Below are positions 1 to 10,000 of a stretch of 64,000 nucleotides of DNA, piece after piece. The notes under the pieces are model-generated. The model had not been told where the DNA came from and did no database searches. It saw nothing but the letters and a program-made list of their open reading frames with translations. Numbering within the stretch: the stretch's first letter is position 1; each line of letters begins with the position of its first letter. This stretch comes from Amoebophrya sp. A120 (Eukaryota > Protista > Dinoflagellata), in NCBI GenBank assembly GCA_905178155.1, contig CAJINV010000022.1, positions 703,073 to 767,072 of the forward strand. Reading direction: 5' to 3'. The position numbers were made by a program, and so were the translations under genes.

Positions 1-2930
1 AAGAGATCGAGACATGACGCGGGAAGAGATCGAGAATTCTCGCCGGAAGAGATCGAGAAATCTCGCCGGAAGAGATCGAGACATGACGCGGGAAGAGATC
101 GAGAATTCTCGCCGGAAGAGATCGAGAAATCTCGCCGGAAGAGATCGAGACATGACGCGGGAAGAGATCGAGAATTCTCGCCGGAAGAGATCGAGAAATC
201 TCGCCGGAAGAGATCGAGACATGACGCGGGAAGAGATCGAGAATTCTCGCCGGAAGAGATCGAGAAATCTCGCCGGAAGAGATCGAGACATGACGCGGGA
301 AGAGATCGAGAATTCTCGCCGGAAGAGATCGAGAAATCTCGCCGGAAGAGATCGAGACATGACGCGGGAAGAGATCGAGAATTCTCGCCGGAAGAGATCG
401 AGAAATCTCGCCGGAAGAGATCGAGACATGACGCGGGAAGAGATCGAGAATTCTCGCCGGAAGAGATCGAGAAATCTCGCCGGAAGAGATCGAGACATGA
501 CGCGGGAAGAGATCGAGAATTCTCGCCGGAAGAGATCGAGAAATCTCGCCGGAAGAGATCGAGACATGACGCGGGAAGAGATCGAGAATTCTCGCCGGAA
601 GAGATCGAGAAATCTCGCCGGAAGAGATCGAGACATGACGCGGGAAGAGATCGAGAATTCTCGCCGGAAGAGATCGAGAAATCTCGCCGGAAGAGATCGA
701 GACATGACGCGGGAAGAGATCGAGAATTCTCGCCGGAAGAGATCGAGAAATCTCGCCGGAAGAGATCGAGACATGACGCGGGAAGAGATCGAGAATTCTC
801 GCCGGAAGAGATCGAGAAATCTCGCCGGAAGAGATCGAGACATGACGCGGGAAGAGATCGAGAATTCTCGCCGGAAGAGATCGAGAAATCTCGCCGGAAG
901 AGATCGAGACATGACGCGGGAAGAGATCGAGAATTCTCGCCGGAAGAGATCGAGAAATCTCGCCGGAAGAGATCGAGACATGACGCGGGAAGAGATCGAG
1001 AATTCTCGCCGGAAGAGATCGAGAAATCTCGCCGGAAGAGATCGAGACATGACGCGGGAAGAGATCGAGAATTCTCGCCGGAAGAGATCGAGAAATCTCG
1101 CCGGAAGAGATCGAGACATGACGCGGGAAGAGATCGAGAATTCTCGCCGGAAGAGATCGAGAAATCTCGCCGGAAGAGATCGAGACATGACGCGGGAAGA
1201 GATCGAGAATTCTCGCCGGAAGAGATCGAGAAATCTCGCCGGAAGAGATCGAGACATGACGCGGGAAGAGATCGAGAATTCTCGCCGGAAGAGATCGAGA
1301 AATCTCGCCGGAAGAGATCGAGACATGACGCGGGAAGAGATCGAGAATTCTCGCCGGAAGAGATCGAGAAATCTCGCCGGAAGAGATCGAGACATGACGC
1401 GGGAAGAGATCGAGAATTCTCGCCGGAAGAGATCGAGAAATCTCGCCGGAAGAGATCGAGACATGACGCGGGAAGAGATCGAGAATTCTCGCCGGAAGAG
1501 ATCGAGAAATCTCGCCGGAAGAGATCGAGACATGACGCGGGAAGAGATCGAGAATTCTCGCCGGAAGAGATCGAGAAATCTCGCCGGAAGAGATCGAGAC
1601 ATGACGCGGGAAGAGATCGAGAATTCTCGCCGGAAGAGATCGAGAAATCTCGCCGGAAGAGATCGAGACATGACGCGGGAAGAGATCGAGAATTCTCGCC
1701 GGAAGAGATCGAGAAATCTCGCCGGAAGAGATCGAGACATGACGCGGGAAGAGATCGAGAATTCTCGCCGGAAGAGATCGAGAAATCTCGCCGGAAGAGA
1801 TCGAGACATGACGCGGGAAGAGATCGAGAATTCTCGCCGGAAGAGATCGAGAAATCTCGCCGGAAGAGATCGAGACATGACGCGGGAAGAGATCGAGAAT
1901 TCTCGCCGGAAGAGATCGAGAAATCTCGCCGGAAGAGATCGAGACATGACGCGGGAAGAGATCGAGAATTCTCGCCGGAAGAGATCGAGAAATCTCGCCG
2001 GAAGAGATCGAGACATGACGCGGGAAGAGATCGAGAATTCTCGCCGGAAGAGATCGAGAAATCTCGCCGGAAGAGATCGAGACATGACGCGGGAAGAGAT
2101 CGAGAATTCTCGCCGGAAGAGATCGAGAAATCTCGCCGGAAGAGATCGAGACATGACGCGGGAAGAGATCGAGAATTCTCGCCGGAAGAGATCGAGAAAT
2201 CTCGCCGGAAGAGATCGAGACATGACGCGGGAAGAGATCGAGAATTCTCGCCGGAAGAGATCGAGAAATCTCGCCGGAAGAGATCGAGACATGACGCGGG
2301 AAGAGATCGAGAATTCTCGCCGGAAGAGATCGAGAAATCTCGCCGGAAGAGATCGAGACATGACGCGGGAAGAGATCGAGAATTCTCGCCGGAAGAGATC
2401 GAGAAATCTCGCCGGAAGAGATCGAGACATGACGCGGGAAGAGATCGAGAATTCTCGCCGGAAGAGATCGAGAAATCTCGCCGGAAGAGATCGAGACATG
2501 ACGCGGGAAGAGATCGAGAATTCTCGCCGGAAGAGATCGAGAAATCTCGCCGGAAGAGATCGAGACATGACGCGGGAAGAGATCGAGAATTCTCGCCGGA
2601 AGAGATCGAGAAATCTCGCCGGAAGAGATCGAGACATGACGCGGGAAGAGATCGAGAATTCTCGCCGGAAGAGATCGAGAAATCTCGCCGGAAGAGATCG
2701 AGACATGACGCGGGAAGAGATCGAGAATTCTCGCCGGAAGAGATCGAGAAATCTCGCCGGAAGAGATCGAGACATGACGCGGGAAGAGATCGAGAATTCT
2801 CGCCGGAAGAGATCGAGAAATCTCGCCGGAAGAGATCGAGACATGACGCGGGAAGAGATCGAGAATTCTCGCCGGAAGAGATCGAGAAATCTCGCCGGAA
2901 GAGATCGAGACATGACGCGGGAAGAGATGG
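1..2930. repeat. Tandem satellite, 69-bp unit of three 23-bp monomers, ~42 copies; degenerate tail to ~3180
   Basis: Unit gagatcgagacatgacgcgggaa-gagatcgagaattctcgccggaa-gagatcgagaaatctcgccggaa repeated without visible variation. Confidence 0.98.
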
Positions 2931-4086
2931 AGGCAGAGCGCCGGAAGAGATCGAGAAAGGGCGCGGGAAGAGCTCGAGGACTCTCGCCGGAAGATATGGA
3001 GCAAGCAAGGTCGCCGGGAGAGATCGAGAAACCTCGCCAAGGGAGCCCGAGAACTCTCGCGGGAAGAGATCGGAAGACCTCGCCTGAAGAGGCCGAGACA
3101 TGACGCGGGAGGAGGTCGAGAACCTCCGCCGGAAAATATGGAGCAAGGCCGCCGGAGGATGTCGATAAACCGCGCCGGAGACGCGGGGGGGGGGGGGGCG
3201 GACCTCGTCCGCTAGCACCGAGCCGGGCCAATTTTTGGTGCCTAGGTAGGGCACGTAGGCCGACTGCATCCTTCGCGCCGGTGTCCGGTCTGTGTAATCT
3301 GTGGCGCTCCTCGCTCCCGTGTGTCTCTGAGCTATCCCCCCGGCGGTGGCGCGGGTTCAGATCCTCGCCCTTTCCTTTTCCAAGAACAGACACAGCGCGG
3401 ATTCTTTTTTTTCTTCTGAAGGTTGTGCTCCCGTGGCGTAAGCCTTGGCCCATAGCAGTGTCAATTGAACAACGAGCAATGCGGAAGCGCAAGAGCTGAG
3501 GAGCCAAGGGAGGCACTGGAAAGCAGTCCGGGGAAGTTCCTCAGGCTGCGGCGCCCCCATCCCGGACCAGCCGGATTTGAGCCAGGACGCATTTAGTGCG
3601 TGACGTGCGTCCAAAAACAAACAGTGGAGCGCTGTGCCCGTGCGTCGACTTTTGAAAAGTGAAAACCCGCGCCCTCATGCGGTTACTCTTGCGGCCGAAG
3701 TTTGTTCTTGCCGAGTGACCAGAAACCAAAGAGCCGCCTGCTTGTGTCTATCTCGTCTCTTTTCATTCCTCGCCGGGAGAAGCGTGGCCGTTGGTTCGTA
3801 TTTCCCAAACCAAGGACCCCTACCCGCGGAGCGCGTTGGGGCGGGAGTTACAACCACAAAAACCCCTGCCGGGCTTGGCCGGGCCGATTGTTGAGGCGCG
3901 GAAGAGGGCGCCCCCCGCGGGCCATGCAACAAGCGAAGCCCTCGCCCAGGCGGGCCCGTTTTCGACGTTCGGGGCAGGCCGCTAGCGGTTATGCAAATGC
4001 CCCGGCCAGCCTGGCAACCATTCAAAAAACCATGGCCGGCGCGGTCCTTGTATCAGTCGAAAGCCCCCCGGCCCTGGCATATTTGA

Positions 4087-7000
4087 AAAGCATACTCCAA
4101 GGGCAGCAAGCAGCAGGGCATTACGGAGCAGGAAGCGAGGAGAAGGTACGGCCACGAAGTGAAAACCCATCAATTTCTGAACGAGCTGATCGCAAAGTGT
4201 GAGTGCGAAACTCTCGTTCCGACCTTGTGTTGCAACGTCTACACGAGCGGGCAGGTGCTAGTCCACGTGCGCCCGAAACCGGAGTTGCCGCAAGTGTTAC
4301 TCGTTCCCTTCCCGATCCCTCGGAATGCGGGCAGTTCTGCGCAGCTTGTAATGCAGGAGGTGAAAAGGATATCGCAAGAAAAAACAGTTTCACTGTAGAC
4401 TTGTAATGCAGAAAATGTATCTGAGAAGTGTTGGTCTTGTTACACATGCAAGACAGTGGATTTTTCGGCGTCTTTTCCCTTGGGAATCTCGCATGGCAAA
4501 TTTCCTCTGTGATGTAGAGCAAACTTGTGATGCAAAACTTGCAAAATCCTTACAGTGGAACACTTTTTTCGTGCGATAAAGGATCGAAGACAAGATTTTC
4601 GCAGAAACTACCGACGCTGACGACGAACAAGGTTTCCGCCTCCTTTATCAAATGCAAAAATGTCTGGGTCTGGAAAAATGCAAGATTTGTGATGCAGGTT
4701 TTCCACGTTTCATGAGGTCTGGAATGCGAGACCCAGCATGACAGATTCTTTGAGGTCTCTAGCATGCCTTTCCTGCATGAGAAAGAAACTCCCTCCCAAC
4801 TTGGTCAAAAGCGGACAGCTTTTGGTACTCACGCAACACAGATTTTTGCATCATTCAGATTTAGCATGACAAGTTCTAATCTTCCAGACCCAGACATTTT
4901 TACATTTGATATCCTTGCCGACCTAACTGGTAAGAACACAGCGGCAAATAAAACCGGGGAAAAGATCCGGCAACCCTGTCTGGTCCGTACCAGAAATACC
5001 TCGAGCCCCGGGGCAGAAGCGCAAGGCCCCGGTGGTGCTTTTTCCGCATTACAGTTTCACACGGTCGGAATGCTCTTTCCCCGTGACGCGAGTTCAGCCT
5101 CACTTTGGGACCGTCTGCGACCAGAGCTGTTCTTGAGCGGCGGATATCCTGAGAAAAAACTGTTTCACTGTGAACCTGTGATGCAGAAAATGAAACACAA
5201 AACTATTTGTCTTGCTACACATGCAAGGCATTGGGTTTTTCGGCCTGTTTTTCCTTGGGAAGTGCGCATGACAAATTTTCAGTGTCTTGTGCAACAAACT
5301 TGTGATGCAGATCATGCAAAATCATCACAGTGAAACAGTTTTTTCGTGGGATAGTGGAAATTTAGCAAGTACTGCTGGTGGTGGAACATCACTGGCAAGT
5401 GGTGGCGAGGACGCAACGGCGCAGCAGAAGTTTATCAACTGTAAAAGTGTCTGGGTCTGGAAGAGTTGGAACTTGTGATGCAAACTCTGGAACACGCAAA
5501 ACCTTGTGTTGCATGAGCGCCAAAACCTGTCCACTTCTTGGTCCGCAGGTAGGAAGTTTCTCACGCGGGACAAGCATCATGAGGCGTGCTCAAAACCTGT
5601 GATGCTTTTGCCTGCATCAGACGCCATTTGCGTGATCCGAAATATGCATGACAAATCTCGTAATCTTCCAGACCCAGACATTTTTACAGTTGATAAAGTT
5701 CTTGCAGAACCCATACGAGGTGCGGGTCAATGAGGAGGCGAGGCGACTCTCTGGCATCGTCCGGACACGGTTACTCGCGGAAGCCGCAGAGTACCTTGAC
5801 AGAATGTGCGGCGGCGAGTTCGCGGTGCAAGAGGATGGTAGTGCTGGTGCTGGAAAAATACCATTACAGATCACCTGCTCTGCGACGCTGACCAGGTTTC
5901 TGCACGCCAGGGGCGTGAATTGCCGCTATATCGGGCAGCTTTGTGGCGTCTGCAAAGAGCAGCACAGCTATGAACTGCAAAAGTATTGTAGTTGTACTCG
6001 TATAAATGCATGACGATGACAAATCTTCTCAGCATGAGAAATGAAATTTGTAATGCGGATTTACCTTTAAAAAAAGATTTGTAATGCATGGTTGCAATTA
6101 CTACGAGTAGGATACTGTTGCGCAGGATAACAGCAGGACGTTGTTGACGGTAGAAGCCGTGGCCAGGACGTGCAAGAAGATTCTGCGCGACAGGATAAAA
6201 CTCGCGCCGGTGCAGATCAATGGAACAAATCTCCGCGACGACAACTTTGTTGCCCCCTACTACGACGTGATCCTCCAGCTTTATCCTGTGCAAAAACATC
6301 CCCACACCAGAGTCAAGATGGGAGAGCTGCTAGACAAATCAACCAGCTTTGGTCGTTTCGCATGACAAATTTGGCCCCGTAGTGTAATCCTGTTTAGCTA
6401 GCTCCAGCAGCATAACAGATCTAGCATATCACGCTGATTTGAGCATCACAAACTCCAAAACACAATGGGGAAATGCTTCATGGAGCTCCGCATGAGAAAC
6501 ATTCTTGGCATGCAGATTTGCATGACAACTCTGGGGTGGGGATGTTTTTACTCAGAATAAGCTTTTCCAAGACACCATCGGCGAGTCTATCAAATGTAAA
6601 AATGTCTGGGTCTGGAAGGGTTGGAACTTGTGATGCGAACTCTGGAACACACAAAAATTTGTGTTGCATGAGCGCCAAAAGCTGTCCATTTCTTGGCACG
6701 CAAGTAGGAAGTTTCTCATGCGGGACAGGCATCATGAGGCGTGCTCAAAACCTGTGATGCTTTTGCCTGCATCAGACGCCACTTGTGTGATCCGAAATAT
6801 GCATGACAAATCTCAGAATTTTCCAGACCCAGACATTTTTACATTTGATAGAGTCGCAGAGAACGCAGCGTTTCTGGGTGGAGATGCTCGTGCGCGAAGT
6901 TTTGGAAAAATTTCCCGGAATCCCGAAGCAACTTTTGAAGCCGGACGGGCTTCCCCAAGACCTCCTGTTGCACGCCCTGCAGTACCATTTTGGCGTCGGC

Positions 7001-10000
7001 GCGATTTTGCGGATTGTTCCAGAGCGGAAACTATCAACTGCAAAAATGTCTGGGTCTGGAAGGCCACAACTTGTAATGCTGTCTGTGGATTCTAAAAAAA
7101 TTTGTATTGCATGACCAGCAAGAGGGGTCGGGTTTGTCCCACGCGGAGAGGGCATTTCTCATGCGGTAGAGGTATCACAAAGCTGCCCTCTAAAGATCTG
7201 TGATGCTACGGCATGTGTTACAGACATAAAGGCTCATGGAAAATATGCATGACAAATCTAGAAATCTTCTAGACCCAGACATTTTTGCATTTGATAAAAA
7301 CATTATCAAGACGATTTTATTTCACCGGAAGACTTGGACATCGTGGAGGACGTAGTGCCGTTCGAAGCAATATATCAAAGTGAAAAATCCCCCCACCCCA
7401 TACTCAAACTAGAAATTTGTGATGCAGATTTGTGGTCACAAATCAGCTTTGTCATGCTAGAAGGGAAAAGATGCGGACTGTAGTGCTGGTTGGCGCGAGA
7501 AAGCCTTGCATCTTCAACATGACAGGGGGCAGCTGGAAGGGAGAAACAGCATGACAAATTGCCTGCCGCTATAGAGGCCACCGCTGCGTCTCTTGGCCTT
7601 CTAGCATTACAAGTCGATTTGTGTACTGAAATACAGCATCACAAATTTCGTTTTCGATATGGGGAGGGGGAATTTTTCCTTTTGATACAATAACCGCGGC
7701 CAGCTCCAGTCTCCGCTACCGCCGCGTCGCGACCGCGGGTTCCGTATATTGAGAGCAAAAATCCCCCCTCCCCATATCGAAGAGTCATGTTTTCGAAAAT
7801 TTGTGTTGCTGATTTGAGACCACAAATCACGCCTGCCTTGCAAGAAGGCAACTCCACAAGCTCCGCAGCATCGTGCAGGCGGTTTGTGATGCTGATGGGC
7901 CTACAATGCAGACGTTTCCCATGCTAGACGCCTAGGCCAAAACCTCTCTACTTAGGCTTAGTATGGGCCTGCACTCCTCTCCAGCACGACAAGGCTGATT
8001 TGTGTACGCAAATCCTGCATCAGAAACTTCGTTTTGATATGGGGAGGGGGAATTTTTCCTTTTGATACCGTAACGGCGAACTTGGCCGCTACAGAGGTGC
8101 TGAAAAACTACAGAAATCTGCTCGCGGAGCAGATAAAGGAGGCAGCGGCATCGCTCGGAGGGGGGAGCGGTACAGCCGAGCAGCCGCCGGAGAGTTCCAC
8201 TGCGAAGAGTGCCGCCGCGCTCTTCTCCGCGCTGCTCGATGTGAGGAGGCTGGATTATCCTGTGCGAAAGGATCGGACTCGTAGATGATAATTGCAGTCA
8301 TGCAAGACAAATTGCTTTTCCGAGGTGAAGCACCATGATGAATTTTATTTCTCATGCTGAGAAAATTTGTCATGCAGTTTTCGCTTGGCAGTGCGATACT
8401 ACTTTTGCAAAAATTCATATCGTTTTTCTACCTGCGGTGGAGGAAATTGATTTGGACACGACGCTATCCTGTGCAAAAATACGTATGCCGTGCTAGTATT
8501 GCGCGTTGTACTACTTAAATGAATATTGCAGATACGCATGACAAATCTGCTTCCCAAGGTGATGCAGCATGACAAACTTGACTTTAACTTTTCAAGCTGA
8601 GCAGCATAAAGTAAACTTGTAATGCAATACGAACTAACACAACACTTTTGCCATGCATGAACGACAGCGAGCACATCTTCCGCCTTCAGTGCCCTACACG
8701 CTGCCACGTCCACAAGCATCTTCGAGCGGAGTTTTTTCGTTTTGAACCTGGAACTGTCACTGGCGGAAGCGAAACGCGATGTTGTTGCCGCCCGGATTTG
8801 GCGGTTGAAGCTGGGGCAGCTGGCGTTTTTGGCGCAAAACTACGAGTTTGGGTATCAAATCGCCGTGAAAGGACTGTTGGCGAAGATGCGGGAACGACAC
8901 GAGGAGCAAGTTGCCGGAAGAGTCCTCGCGATTGCCTGCGCGGTCGGCTTATCAATTGCAGATATATGTTTGGGTCTGGCTCTGGTGGAAAGATGCGTAC
9001 AATTTGTCACGGTGGTCCTTGCATGCAAGAGGCATCCCTTGTACGGCAGAACGGCATGACAACTGCTCCTCGGTTCCTTGCATAGTTCTACGTGTGTTTA
9101 AAGCATGACAAAGTATGGCTTCCAGCACGACAAAAAAACTGCCTCTAATCGCATTCATGCATTACAGAGCTCGCTGTCCCTCAGATTTTGCATGACAAAT
9201 CCAGACCCAGACCACATACTTGCTATGCATACGGGCTGCAGAGAGTTCAGACCGCGCGGGAACACTACGAGCAGGGAAAGATAGCCGCGGCGGCGGCGAG
9301 AGCAGGAATAGCGGCTGGGCAAGCGAAAAGGATGACAAGTATCAGAAAGAGCCGCACTACTCCTGTCCCCGACCTCATCACCAACGCCTGCTTCGAAATT
9401 CAGGCGAGCCGGGCGTTCCTCCTGGTATTTTCGCAGACCAGCGGTGGTGGCACCGAAGACCCTCCTGCTGGTGACGGATCATCGTCATTGCAGTCGGGAA
9501 GTACTATCATGTCGACGGGCTCACTCGCGGCACAAGCACACGTGGATTTTTTGACCGACAAGGTTCTAAGCACCGCGCCAGCTTTCTTTTCACCAAAAGC
9601 GAGAAGACCATTGTCACCAAAAATGATTTCGGGTTCATCTACCAGTCGCTCCACGTCCGCAGCGAGTTCTTCCAGGAGGGAAAATTCAAACGCGTTACCA
9701 GTTGCGGTCGTCCGAGCGAGAATTGCGTTTGGGTGGCTACTGCGAAAGCTCGTGACATCCTCGTCGCCAAGCGCTGCTGATACGGAAAAAAACGAGTCCT
9801 ATCAGCGCCAACCGCTAAGGATGGTAGTACCCGAAAAAGAATGGTTCAAAGTGAAAAATTTTCTGCAGGAAGCTTTGGACCTCTGCGGCCCATCAGCATT
9901 CTCCGCTACTTTCACATCCTCCCATACGGCGGTATCACAAAACCAGCAAGGCGGTGCGGCCAGTTCTGCGGGCTCCTTTGGCCGCTCCGGAGATGACCTC

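Noticed and set aside
14-3103. 1029-aa ORF
   Set aside because: By-product of a stop-free 69-bp satellite; no synonymous variation between copies.
3990-4094. Possible short introner at the 5' end of the CLU gene
   Set aside because: Weak TIR, no TSD, and the +5 rule does not restore the frame; the region may be low quality.
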